A DNA stretch of 64,000 nucleotides from an uncultured virus (IMG/VR IMGVR_UViG_3300020471_001437) (Duplodnaviria > Heunggongvirae > Uroviricota > Caudoviricetes), in IMG/VR virus record IMGVR_UViG_3300020471_001437, one strand, 5' to 3'. Shown one piece after another: positions 36,659-47,190 of this stretch. Position 1 is the first letter of the stretch. Every line of letters begins with the position of its first letter. The notes beneath the pieces were generated by a model that searched no databases, had not been told where the DNA came from, and saw nothing but the letters and a program-made list of their open reading frames with translations. A program made the translations under genes and the position numbers.

Positions 36659-39600
36659 ATGGTTACAGTTCCAAGTAGTTTGAAAGGGAAAACAACCCTT
36701 GACGCCCATCAATGGGTACAAGGCATGTTAGATGGACATGCTGATTACGAGTTGATGTCCGGCGGTGCAAGAGTTACTTTGTCCGATATTACGAAAGGAA
36801 ATGTCACCGATGTAGACGTGAGGCCACTTGGTGCACGTGTAAACCCAGCAGGTTCATACTTGTTCAAGCCAAGTCACCAACCACAGAAACATAGCAGGCA
36901 ATTCACAACAAGAGTCGTTACACCTGAAGGATTGTCACCATCGTTAGTGCAATCTATGGAAGCGGCACACGGAACACACGCCGCAGTACACATGTTATCC
37001 AAGATGTTGTCTCAACGCTCCCTTAACATGCCACTTACACCAAAAGGCATGGAAAGTTTGTCATCATTCATACTTGCTGACCCTGCACCAGTTGTTAGGA
37101 GAAACCCAATCGGGTTGCGCCAAACACCATCAGGTCTGCGCATGGCTCGCGTAATAGGCGAACGTGGTCGTGTCATGGATGACATGATGCTCAAAGAAGT
37201 GATGGACTATCTGAAAGAAGGTGAGAAGAATACTTTCAATTATGAACTTCCAACAGACTTCCCCGCAACAGAGCACCAATTCAAGTTGTTCAAGAACAAT
37301 GTACTGCAACCTTACATCATTAGTGTCGAGGCCAACCGCGCGCTAATCAAGTATCTAAACGACGTATTGATTCCTCACATGAACCAATTGGTTGACGATG
37401 GTGCATTTTCAAAGAAAGGGCTTGGAGAGGCAGGTGGAGTCACGCTCTCTAAGACCAAAGTAAAGCAGATGATTGCTAAGAGGTATGACAATCTCGTAGC
37501 AAGACTCGCAACTTCCCCCGAAGATTTCTACATGGGACGTAACGAAGCACTCATCGCTCACCCTGCATTCTTGTACCCGCAGATGCAATACATTCTACTC
37601 CCACCACCGCTCGAACTAACCGGCGGTACTCGCGCAGAGGTCTTCCTGTATCAGACAGGAGAGCCACCAAAGTATGGTAAATCAGTTGATGACCCTACAA
37701 AGGTCACACAACACATGCCACGTCACATGTTAGCCGCAATCAAAAAACAACAAGAGGGTGCAGAAGAACTGACATTCCCTGTCGCCCGAGTAAACAACCG
37801 ACCGGTTGACTTTGTCAACATTATCAACCCCGATGTTATTGGTCGCTCATTGAGAGCAGGTAACATAGCAGAAGTCCTTGTTATTGCAGGTCGATGGTGG
37901 CGCGGTATGCCTGCCAAAGTCAAGAGCCTGTTCAAAGGTAGAAAAGGAACGGTCAACGCGGCCAACCCTCTTACCGATGAACAGTCCGACGCTCTACTTG
38001 AGTTAAACAAAGTAGCAAACGAAGTACAGGCCGCAGGTCCTAACTTGATACCGGCACTACTGTCAAAGATTGGTAAAGACGGTGTAGCAAGACTCGACCA
38101 TTTACCCGTAGCCGCCGCAATCGAAGTAAACATCGGTGGTATCAAACCTCGACCGGTTAGATGGCCTGAACACCTCATAAATTCAATGATGAAAGTCTTG
38201 AGCGACAACTCTGACCAAATCTTGCGAATTGATACTGCCGGCGGCGAAGACCCTAAATTCTCCAAGTTCTTCCAACCTAATCTCAACCTGTTGCCCCCTT
38301 CTATTCAATCGAATATCAAATTGGAATATCTCAAGAATGGCAAACCCAAAAACAAAAACGACCACAGCGCAGGTGGTGGAAAGTATCAACACCTAAGCAA
38401 TGATGTCAAAACCAAGGTTGAGAATTACTTCCTTCACGGACTTACTCTCAACGACCTTATACAAAAAGGCAAAGACGACTTGGACGCTTACGCCGCCACT
38501 ATTGCGCTCGACATGGCCACTAACGTCGGCGAAACTCACCGAGCCGTCAGGGCTAATATCTACCCATCCAACAAAAGCAAAGAAACTCGTCAAGGTGCAC
38601 TCGACGCGTTTAACGACTTACCAGCCAACCCAACAAAAGACCCACGTGACGGCGATGCCCGCGCAGTTAAGTTCCTACACATAGTTGGTGACCGTGCACA
38701 AGACTACGGACTACAAGGTTCAACACCACGTAGACTTTCCATTCTACACATCATGCAATTAGCAATCACCAAGTGTAAAACAGCGGGTATCGAACCTACA
38801 CCCGAAGAAGTGAAATTCGTTACTCACTTACTGCTATACTGTATTGCCAACATGGACACCGATGTTACCACGTTCATGGAAGAAAAGGACACAGGCCCAA
38901 TCACTGCATTGGCTCAAGCATTGGAAGCCCGTGAACTAAGGCAAAAAGGCGACATCAAGAAAAAACAGCAAGAACTCATTGAAGCAATCAATCAAGCAGT
39001 GGAAGGTGTCAATGTAGGGGGAGCCGACATGGGTGCGGCATTCCAACAATTGGTAGTCAATCAATTGCTTTCCAATGCCTTCGGAGATGCTCTTGAGGGT
39101 GGCGACATTATGAGCGCACTTGGAATAGACATCCTCGAAGCAGAGCAACCGCCCCCACCAAAACCACTACCAATAGAAGAAGAAGTGATGGAAAACCCCG
39201 GTCACGGTGCGGCTCTCGACAGTCTTTCCGAACAACTGAAAGATAGCCCTGTGCTTGACCGAGCGGTGATACGACAAATCAAGAACAATCTCGATACAAG
39301 TAATGCAGAGATAGTTCGCAAGTATAGTTCCGCATTGCCGAGTCAGGAAGTAGTTGGTATATTGGCCGATAGTTTGCGAAACGTGTTTGCAGAAGCAGTT
39401 CTCCAAACCAACGAGGAAAGAAAAGAGGCCCAAGAGTTGGCCGCCGCTAACCTACGTATTGCTAAACTACTTGACAGAGAAAGTATCGAAGATGCAGAAC
39501 AAGACGCAATGGAAGGGTTCCTTGAATTGATTCGCAACGTTCAAACAACAACTTCTTCACTACTTCGCGCAGAAGAAGAGTTCGTCAAAGAGTTCGCGGA

Positions 39601-40876
39601 CTTCTTGCCACTTGACCCATTCAATGCTCGCGACGACGAGTTCTATGCCGTACACGCACTGAACGCCAATTACAGAGTTTTGATAGGTCAGATTGAAGCG
39701 ACAGAAAATACAGCAAGGTCGGCTCTTAGTGCAATTCGATTGTTTACTCAAGATGCAGATACTCTTTCGGCAAACGAACCCCGCATCCGCTATCTTGGAC
39801 AACTCATCAAATTCTGCAACGCAATGCAAGCGGCATATGGTGAAGTGGGTGGTTTGCTTGACCAAGCCATGGAAGACATGTTCGATGACGAAGGCGGCAT
39901 CTCCCCGTACATATACAGGGCCGCATTCAACACCGCAGACAACTTCAACCTACGCGGGTTGGCTCGCATCACATTACGGAAAAAGGCACAAGTCGCCGCA
40001 ACCAATGTAGACCCAATCGGCATCAAGAAAACGTTCTTCAAACTGTACGAAAATTGCCTTGATGTAATCGGCAAGTTATTTGGGGCATTCCCGTCTGAAA
40101 GTGAAATGCCTGACATTCTCGGAATCCGAACGGGGTACAGAGTTCCCGGTCTCAAATTCGCAGATGATTACCTTGTTCGCTTGATTGACGAAGGACTTGA
40201 CTTTGGCGGCGATTCAAGTGACCAAGCACGTCGAGACGCCATCTTCATTGAGATGGTTTCACCATCAGAAGCGGCACGTCGTCGACTTGAACAACACAAA
40301 GAGAACGTAGCAGAAATGCGACGCATACAGCAAGAACAGAGAGAGAAAGCACTCAAAGTGGCTAAGGACCGATTGCTTGGTACCCCTGAATTCACTACGA
40401 GAAACGTAGCAAAAGCCGCAAACCTATTCGACTTTGTAGATGAACAAGCAATGTCCGACAACGAACTTAGAAAAGCACAACAAGAAAATTTAGAGGCAAC
40501 TAAACGACTTGTGCAATCACAACTATACGGTCAAACGCTTGGCGTCATCAGAGATACAAATCTGCAAAAACTACATGACCGAGAAGCGCAAGTACGACTC
40601 GCAATCAACAGACTCGAAGAAGAAGAACAAGATATGGAAGACCAAAAGTACCTCGATTATCGTAAAGAACAAGAACAAATCAAAGAAGGTTTGCTTGATT
40701 CTGTTGTCGAAGAAGCAAGAAAGCAGTCATTAGAAATTCCTAAGAAACTTTGGCCAAGGGAAGAACGCACACAAGAAGAGGAAGACGAATTAGACCTCGG
40801 GGTTGCGTTGGCTGAATTCCGACAAGAAGACCGCATTATTGGAAGAAACCCCGGAGGCGTGGTGTGGTATGAATGA
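36659..40876 (+). CDS. Giant helical protein (NP-motif class)
   Basis: 1405 aa with GAGGTGA RBS; RVNP, RRNP, MENP, GRNP motifs. Confidence 0.75.
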   Translation: MVTVPSSLKGKTTLDAHQWVQGMLDGHADYELMSGGARVTLSDITKGNVTDVDVRPLGARVNPAGSYLFKPSHQPQKHSRQFTTRVVTPEGLSPSLVQSMEAAHGTHAAVHMLSKMLSQRSLNMPLTPKGMESLSSFILADPAPVVRRNPIGLRQTPSGLRMARVIGERGRVMDDMMLKEVMDYLKEGEKNTFNYELPTDFPATEHQFKLFKNNVLQPYIISVEANRALIKYLNDVLIPHMNQLVDDGAFSKKGLGEAGGVTLSKTKVKQMIAKRYDNLVARLATSPEDFYMGRNEALIAHPAFLYPQMQYILLPPPLELTGGTRAEVFLYQTGEPPKYGKSVDDPTKVTQHMPRHMLAAIKKQQEGAEELTFPVARVNNRPVDFVNIINPDVIGRSLRAGNIAEVLVIAGRWWRGMPAKVKSLFKGRKGTVNAANPLTDEQSDALLELNKVANEVQAAGPNLIPALLSKIGKDGVARLDHLPVAAAIEVNIGGIKPRPVRWPEHLINSMMKVLSDNSDQILRIDTAGGEDPKFSKFFQPNLNLLPPSIQSNIKLEYLKNGKPKNKNDHSAGGGKYQHLSNDVKTKVENYFLHGLTLNDLIQKGKDDLDAYAATIALDMATNVGETHRAVRANIYPSNKSKETRQGALDAFNDLPANPTKDPRDGDARAVKFLHIVGDRAQDYGLQGSTPRRLSILHIMQLAITKCKTAGIEPTPEEVKFVTHLLLYCIANMDTDVTTFMEEKDTGPITALAQALEARELRQKGDIKKKQQELIEAINQAVEGVNVGGADMGAAFQQLVVNQLLSNAFGDALEGGDIMSALGIDILEAEQPPPPKPLPIEEEVMENPGHGAALDSLSEQLKDSPVLDRAVIRQIKNNLDTSNAEIVRKYSSALPSQEVVGILADSLRNVFAEAVLQTNEERKEAQELAAANLRIAKLLDRESIEDAEQDAMEGFLELIRNVQTTTSSLLRAEEEFVKEFADFLPLDPFNARDDEFYAVHALNANYRVLIGQIEATENTARSALSAIRLFTQDADTLSANEPRIRYLGQLIKFCNAMQAAYGEVGGLLDQAMEDMFDDEGGISPYIYRAAFNTADNFNLRGLARITLRKKAQVAATNVDPIGIKKTFFKLYENCLDVIGKLFGAFPSESEMPDILGIRTGYRVPGLKFADDYLVRLIDEGLDFGGDSSDQARRDAIFIEMVSPSEAARRRLEQHKENVAEMRRIQQEQREKALKVAKDRLLGTPEFTTRNVAKAANLFDFVDEQAMSDNELRKAQQENLEATKRLVQSQLYGQTLGVIRDTNLQKLHDREAQVRLAINRLEEEEQDMEDQKYLDYRKEQEQIKEGLLDSVVEEARKQSLEIPKKLWPREERTQEEEDELDLGVALAEFRQEDRIIGRNPGGVVWYE

Positions 40877-43433
40877 GTGTCCAACCTGTAACTACACGAA
40901 CCCACAAGGCGTTCGAGATTGTGTAGTGTGCGGAAGGGCAATGAACAAACCACGCAGAAACCCATCATCAACAGTATATCCCGTTGACCATAACATTCAC
41001 ACAAAGATGGTACTGCCAAAAATGGCGGTATTCGACATTGACGAAACGCTGACCGACCCATCAAAAAGAGTGAGGGCGGCACGTAGAGCAGGTTACTTGG
41101 CAGGAGAAGAGTACGGTGGAAAACAATCCTATCCTAAAGGTATGAACGCATTCATAGAGTGGTTTGACTCCCCTGAAAGATTCCGTTCAGACACACCACT
41201 GCCCGGAGCAGTTCAATATGTCAATTCGCTTGTATCACAAGGCTACATCATTGCTTACTTGACTGCAAGAAGAGAAATCAGAAAAGATGCTACGGTAGAG
41301 CATTTGAAGTCGATGGGCTTCCCAATCTTTGATAGCAACACAAGAGAGCCACTCGTATACTTGAAGAAAAGCAAGAAGAAGTCCACACCGAAGTACAAGT
41401 ATGAAACAATGCGTGACTTACAACGCTATTACGATATTCATTATTTCTTCGACGACCAGCAGAAAAACCGCGACGTAGCATTCCAACTTGGAGTCATCGG
41501 AGTATACGACTTACGTGACCGTCTTGGTATACGTAACAACCCGACCGGCTATGGTCCTGAATGGTATGTTGGTTCTTCCTACGACCTTTCCCCCGAAGAC
41601 ACGCCCGACCGTACAATCTACATGCCCTCTGAAGAAGCGTTAGCCCGCCAATATGCGAAAAGACAAGCACAAAAGGCACCCAAGAAATCTGTCAAAATGA
41701 TTGATTGTATGCGTTGTGGTAAGCCGACATTCGAAGATACATTGGTAGAAGATTCGTTTTGTCAGAAGTGTGCCCGAGAACTTGCAAAGCAAAACCCATC
41801 GCATCTTAACTGCGGGTGTGGAAAGACACCCTGTGTAACATACGGCTCAAAACCAAATCCTAATGACGAATTACAACGGACAATTGACGCTATCAAAGGG
41901 TTAATTGAATCAAGAGAATTGCGTCTAACCCAAGCAGACAAAATGCTCCGCGCGTATGGTCCTAATGAAGAGTTGGAAGCCAAATATTGGGCAATAGACA
42001 AGGACCGACGTGCCCTCCTAAACTTGCAATATGAATTCTTCAATGCAAAAGACGACCCGGTAGAAACAGCAAGACTCAAACAAAAGTTGAATGAAATAGT
42101 GGCTCGTAGTAACCCTAACACAGAAGTCCCTGAAGGTTATCGAGAAGCCGCAGGTTGTCTCGTACAACGCAAATCCGACGGCAAGATTCTGTTTTTACGC
42201 AGGTCCCCAAAGGAAACCTCGAAACACGGATTGTATGAGTTCCCCGGTGGAAAGTTAGAATCAGGCGAAACTGCGCGAGACACGGCACTTATCGAAACAT
42301 TGGAGGAAGCCGGTCTTGAGGTCAACATCATTCGTCAGTTAGATTCTCACGTTGACCATACAATGAGAAAGGTATACCATTGCTTCGTTGCGGCACCAAA
42401 GAAAGGCGCAAAGGTGAAACTATCTGAAGAGCATGATATGTACAAGTGGTGCTCATTGAGCAAAAAATGGCCAAAAGACAAGTTGAGCCACCACGCACGT
42501 TTCATGCTCAATCAATTGAAGGAAGGGGCACTACCTAACCCACTACCACGACCCAAGAAGAAGGGCAATCGCAAAGAACCAGCAAAAGCGTATGTCAAGA
42601 GAATGATGGGTAACACCAAAATGCGTGCCGAGTTCCCTGACAGAAGTCAAAGATATGCAGTAACAATCAACCTTGTAGAAAAGCACTACGGGAAGCGTGG
42701 TCTGAAATCTATTGGTGCTAAACCAAATCCAAAGACCAAAGTTCTCCCTATCCTAAGCGGAGAGCCTTCGGGTAAGCATACTAAGTTAGGTGCTGTCTTC
42801 GCTGAAGTCGTAATTGGTAGAAACATTGTCAAGGACGTTGGAGAAGTAGTACAAGGAATCTATCGCGGACTCATTGGTGGCCGTACATCTATGGCAGAAA
42901 AAAGAATGGCAATGGGAGTCGCAAGTATGCAAAAGGAACTGTCAGACAGAACACAAGAACTTGGCGGCAATGCAGTATGTAACTTGAAAATCGACTACGA
43001 AATGATTCAAGGTTCACAAACAATCACCATAATCGCTACGGCAGACGCTATCAAAATGGCTCGCCCTCCTACTCGCAAAAACCCCCGTATGCCACTCGAT
43101 GGTATGGAAGACGACAAGAAAGTCAAGAAGGCCAAGAAAAAGTACAAGAAATTTCACGGAGGCAAAGAGCCCGAAAATGTGGAAAAGGCCACTATTGATG
43201 TTGGGGAGGTTTGGTATTCACTTGGTCCGTGTTGGTCTATTGGTTACATGTCTCCAAAAGAAACAGGTGATGATGAGCAGAAATACATCCACCACACAAA
43301 CGAAGACAGCAAGGATGGCAATTATCCTATGATGTATGCTACAATGCCCGAAAGTGGCGAACCGATGATTATCATCAAAGGCGGTTCAATGAAGATTGGA
43401 ATGCGAGATGGGTTAGCGTGGTTGATTGATTGA
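40869..43433 (+). CDS. Multidomain protein: Zn ribbon - HAD phosphatase - Zn finger - Nudix hydrolase - YbjQ-like - C-terminal domain
   Basis: AVFDIDETL...LTAR...FFDD (HAD); PGGKLESGETARDTALIETLEEAG (Nudix box); VIGRNIVKD...GGRT...GGNAV...IDYE (YbjQ/UPF0145). Confidence 0.85.
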   Translation: MNECPTCNYTNPQGVRDCVVCGRAMNKPRRNPSSTVYPVDHNIHTKMVLPKMAVFDIDETLTDPSKRVRAARRAGYLAGEEYGGKQSYPKGMNAFIEWFDSPERFRSDTPLPGAVQYVNSLVSQGYIIAYLTARREIRKDATVEHLKSMGFPIFDSNTREPLVYLKKSKKKSTPKYKYETMRDLQRYYDIHYFFDDQQKNRDVAFQLGVIGVYDLRDRLGIRNNPTGYGPEWYVGSSYDLSPEDTPDRTIYMPSEEALARQYAKRQAQKAPKKSVKMIDCMRCGKPTFEDTLVEDSFCQKCARELAKQNPSHLNCGCGKTPCVTYGSKPNPNDELQRTIDAIKGLIESRELRLTQADKMLRAYGPNEELEAKYWAIDKDRRALLNLQYEFFNAKDDPVETARLKQKLNEIVARSNPNTEVPEGYREAAGCLVQRKSDGKILFLRRSPKETSKHGLYEFPGGKLESGETARDTALIETLEEAGLEVNIIRQLDSHVDHTMRKVYHCFVAAPKKGAKVKLSEEHDMYKWCSLSKKWPKDKLSHHARFMLNQLKEGALPNPLPRPKKKGNRKEPAKAYVKRMMGNTKMRAEFPDRSQRYAVTINLVEKHYGKRGLKSIGAKPNPKTKVLPILSGEPSGKHTKLGAVFAEVVIGRNIVKDVGEVVQGIYRGLIGGRTSMAEKRMAMGVASMQKELSDRTQELGGNAVCNLKIDYEMIQGSQTITIIATADAIKMARPPTRKNPRMPLDGMEDDKKVKKAKKKYKKFHGGKEPENVEKATIDVGEVWYSLGPCWSIGYMSPKETGDDEQKYIHHTNEDSKDGNYPMMYATMPESGEPMIIIKGGSMKIGMRDGLAWLID

Positions 43434-43442
43434 GGTGAAAAG

Positions 43443-43751
43443 ATGACACATGATGGACCGCTTAACATCGACCATAGAACATGGGTCAGATTAGACGCTC
43501 TTGCCGCAACCGGTGTCGCACTATCACTTGGTAGGGAACTACTCGAAAAGAGAGGAAGAAGAGTTTCATTCGGTCTATCCAACAAAGCATGGGGCCGTAT
43601 TGAAATGGGTTCAATCGCTCTCGCACTTCTGTTTGCTTTCCGTAACATATACGAAGCAATCGACGAGTACGAAGGCGAATACGGAGTCGGTTCCTTCTTC
43701 AACCCGAACGCAGTGGCGGTGACAACTCGGAGGTCGTACAACGAGTTTTGA
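43443..43751 (+). CDS. Small membrane protein
   Basis: GAGGTGA RBS; hydrophobic helices. Confidence 0.6.
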   Translation: MTHDGPLNIDHRTWVRLDALAATGVALSLGRELLEKRGRRVSFGLSNKAWGRIEMGSIALALLFAFRNIYEAIDEYEGEYGVGSFFNPNAVAVTTRRSYNEF

Positions 43752-43759
43752 GAGGTGGT

Positions 43760-44302
43760 ATGATGACGAAGTACAACCCATACAAAGGACTCTCTCCTAA
43801 CAGGGGGCGACGTTACATGACCCGTGGACAAAGACAGCGATGGGGCATAATTGCCGCTTCTGCATTTGGTTTTTACATTTGGAACAGGACAAAGCAGGAC
43901 GCCGCTATATCAGGTGCTATCGGACAGGGAACAGCAAGTTCAGTTGAATTCTCGCAAACCGCGGCAACGGCACTCGTATCTGAAAAGGTCGATGTCAAAC
44001 CAAGCGGTACATACGACCTCGGTATGACGCTCGCTACAACACCTCTCAATATCCAAGTCAATTTGACAAAGGCAGAGAGAGGTCACACAGTGAGGGTTGC
44101 ACCTGTCATTGACGGGAATGAATTGAGTAATGTCATCGTAAGCACCACCGATGGCAGTGGGGTTGCGTCCTTTACGTTCTCTGCCGAGGACATGAATATC
44201 ATCAAGAACAGCGGGGCAATGGTGACAAACGTAGGGTTCCGAATTGTTGTCGATGGGGCATACGCCGACTCCATTATGGTCAGGTGCCCCATCGGAGCAT
44301 GA
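43760..44302 (+). CDS. Membrane-anchored beta-sandwich protein
   Basis: Basic N-terminus, TM helix, beta-rich C-domain. Confidence 0.6.
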   Translation: MMTKYNPYKGLSPNRGRRYMTRGQRQRWGIIAASAFGFYIWNRTKQDAAISGAIGQGTASSVEFSQTAATALVSEKVDVKPSGTYDLGMTLATTPLNIQVNLTKAERGHTVRVAPVIDGNELSNVIVSTTDGSGVASFTFSAEDMNIIKNSGAMVTNVGFRIVVDGAYADSIMVRCPIGA

Positions 44303-44307
44303 GGGCC

Positions 44308-47190
44308 ATGTCGGATAAGCAAGATTACAGGCGCGCCAAACCACTGTTCGTGGCTGATGTTGTCAAGCCTGACGGCAAGACCAACAGTGTTCTCAATGAC
44401 AATGACAAGAAGTTCGCCAATGTAGCAAAGAAGGCACTTGAGCCATTTTACGCTCACAAGTACAACATGTACTTCGATTACTCGCGTGGCAACCCAACCT
44501 TGTTTGATTTACTTCACTTTCACGTAAACGGAGAATACAGATTGACCATAGACCAATCACTTAACCCACCAGCAGGTTTGAGGTTTACAACTACAAGATA
44601 CCATGATGCACCTAACAGGTCAAGCCCACAAGAAAACTTCGAAAACGGACAAGGGCTTGATAACTACACAACTGACCAAATCACAGGTCTTCACGGGTTA
44701 CGCCAAGGAACCAACAATGACTTAGATGTGGGGACTTCAAGATTCTTCAACGACTTGATTAACAGAAACGACCCCGGTTCGTTGTTCTTTCTACCTTCCA
44801 TTGGTACGGCGATTATGTCCTTGATAGCGTACACAAGGGGATGGCCGACCTCACTACGCAAGTATTTCGTCGGCAATCAAAACAACCAATCAGGTGGTAG
44901 AATACCCGAACTATTTGACAAGTTGACAAACAACATAAACGAAGATGATAACAAAAAACTCTCAACGAGAGATGGCGGGGAACTTGCAAGGGCACCATGG
45001 TTCGAAGTAGGCGACGTTTTGGATTATAGTACAGTTTTTGCGTATGCTTATGGCAGATATATGGACTCTGCCGGAAGAAACCGTGACCACGTGGATTACG
45101 ACGAGGACACCGAAAGATTTGTTCTTGGTCAGTTAGATGATATTGGAGTAGAATTGCGCGACCTACAAGCGAACTTGTTTTTCCTTTCATGGGCTAAATC
45201 AACAATCAGTTCACCCGAAGTACAAGAGTTAGCAAATTGGCAGGAGTTTGTACAACAAATTAGCCGTTGCGCCGTTCGCGCAACATTCAGCACTCGGAAA
45301 GTTGGCATGAATTTTGACGAAGCAAACAACATGAGTTTCGACACGCCCGCAGATGCAGAACTTCCAAGCGGATATGGTGGACCATCTGATATGAACATAT
45401 ACGGGGCTACTGACGAATTTTTACGCTTCTTAGACGCAACTGCCGACGTGGTAGGTGCATCCGTTGACCCATGGAAAGGAAAATATGTAAGACTCAACGA
45501 TAACACAGAATGGTACGACAATGTATTCACCCAGCATCGTCGTCCATTTGGTGCTAACACTCCATTTGACATCACCGATGATGTAATGACTTGGTTGCCA
45601 TTTGATGGTGAAACTGACGACGAAGGGAACGTAAGTTGGGAAGCAGATGGCGAATGGTTAGTTGACAGACCGGACGGCAATACGGGACGTTACTTCCTAA
45701 GACAATCGGGGTATGAACTATTGTTCCCCGACGACGGTGACCACACTGATAGCACACCTATTGGACTTGGTGCAGAAACGATATACGAGTTACCATTTTC
45801 GGTAAGACCGACTGTCAACGAAGGCGGCGAAATCAAAGACCTGTTTCTCCAAGACGAAGATGAAGACGAAGAAAAGCCCGTCACCGTTACCGCAGGCGAG
45901 TATAACGCTTCATTAGCGATTTTCACACGTATGGTGCTCGACAGATACTTTGAGATGGAAGCATATCTCAATCTTGTTCTAAACAGCACGAAGATTTCAT
46001 TCAACCGCTTTTCCAAAGAATTCAATGATGGAAACGCAGATTACAATAAGAATCTAACTCCTTCTAACGAGTTCCACACGACAGGAGGTAAAGGCAAAAC
46101 TCAATTGGCCGTATTCCTCGCAGAGCAAAGAGCATCAATCATGTCAGGAGTTTACGCTTCATACATTGCTTTGACAAAGGACACCGGATTCAAAAAACTG
46201 TTTGAAAGCGAACTCAAAGAATTGGAAGTCCAATGGTATACAAACACCATCGCAGAAAGACTGCTTGCCGCTGTTAGGGAAGAGTCACAAGAGACGGCAT
46301 TGGCACAATTAAGGGCAGAGCCCGTTCCCGGGACTGCACAAGCAATACAACTTGCAGTACCAAGAACCATTCTTCGAAGATTGGACGTACCAACCCTTCG
46401 TCTAATCATGTCAGAATATTTCCAATCGTTTTACCAAGAAGTAGCCCAAATGGCAGAAATACACGATAACAGGCCAAAGAAGAAAGGAAAGAAAGGAAAG
46501 AAGAAACAACTGCTTGTTGACAAAATGTGGGACACTGTTGAAGCAACCCTCGTAGCCGTGATGTCCCTTGAAGGTGTACGCCCTCACGCAATATGGTCAC
46601 AAGTATTCAGTCAAGTAGAACAAGCCCGAAGAGAGCAAGGTGCAGGGGCACCGATTCTCCCCCCTTCGTGGGCAGGTTCGGTATTCAGAGAAGAACTTAC
46701 GCGAGACCCTAAACTGATAGGCCAAACCCCAAACATCGAAAGGAATGCAACACTGTTCCGCAACTATGTCGGTTTCCTTCGTTCAGCCTTCCATAAGGAC
46801 TACACTTTGATTGCTAATCTTTTGACTGCAATACAGACTGTAAGCACTCGCCAAATTAGAGACATTGACGAATTACGGAGATTCTTCGAACAGAGATTGA
46901 AGAGCGATGAAAAATACAGAGTCAAAGACCAAGCAGTTGGCGCATATCGTCGTTTCATTTACATTTGTAGAGGAATCCTGACAATGCCTGCGTATGACTT
47001 TGCATTGAGTATATCAGAAGACAGAGACGCCTTGCTAAGAGAAAGAGGCCCCGAATTGCAAGATGCTTTGTTGGTACAAGGTGAACAAGCAGTACCGGTA
47101 CCAGCCCGCGCACCCGCAGAGCAAATTGATTACATGGGTATGCCTGTAAGAGCCAATCCAAGCCTTCTACGACCGGATGGGGGTGTTTGA
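44308..47190 (+). CDS. Large hypothetical protein
   Basis: About 960 aa; C-terminal RANP; start uncertain (44284/44299/44308). Confidence 0.7.
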   Translation: MSDKQDYRRAKPLFVADVVKPDGKTNSVLNDNDKKFANVAKKALEPFYAHKYNMYFDYSRGNPTLFDLLHFHVNGEYRLTIDQSLNPPAGLRFTTTRYHDAPNRSSPQENFENGQGLDNYTTDQITGLHGLRQGTNNDLDVGTSRFFNDLINRNDPGSLFFLPSIGTAIMSLIAYTRGWPTSLRKYFVGNQNNQSGGRIPELFDKLTNNINEDDNKKLSTRDGGELARAPWFEVGDVLDYSTVFAYAYGRYMDSAGRNRDHVDYDEDTERFVLGQLDDIGVELRDLQANLFFLSWAKSTISSPEVQELANWQEFVQQISRCAVRATFSTRKVGMNFDEANNMSFDTPADAELPSGYGGPSDMNIYGATDEFLRFLDATADVVGASVDPWKGKYVRLNDNTEWYDNVFTQHRRPFGANTPFDITDDVMTWLPFDGETDDEGNVSWEADGEWLVDRPDGNTGRYFLRQSGYELLFPDDGDHTDSTPIGLGAETIYELPFSVRPTVNEGGEIKDLFLQDEDEDEEKPVTVTAGEYNASLAIFTRMVLDRYFEMEAYLNLVLNSTKISFNRFSKEFNDGNADYNKNLTPSNEFHTTGGKGKTQLAVFLAEQRASIMSGVYASYIALTKDTGFKKLFESELKELEVQWYTNTIAERLLAAVREESQETALAQLRAEPVPGTAQAIQLAVPRTILRRLDVPTLRLIMSEYFQSFYQEVAQMAEIHDNRPKKKGKKGKKKQLLVDKMWDTVEATLVAVMSLEGVRPHAIWSQVFSQVEQARREQGAGAPILPPSWAGSVFREELTRDPKLIGQTPNIERNATLFRNYVGFLRSAFHKDYTLIANLLTAIQTVSTRQIRDIDELRRFFEQRLKSDEKYRVKDQAVGAYRRFIYICRGILTMPAYDFALSISEDRDALLRERGPELQDALLVQGEQAVPVPARAPAEQIDYMGMPVRANPSLLRPDGGV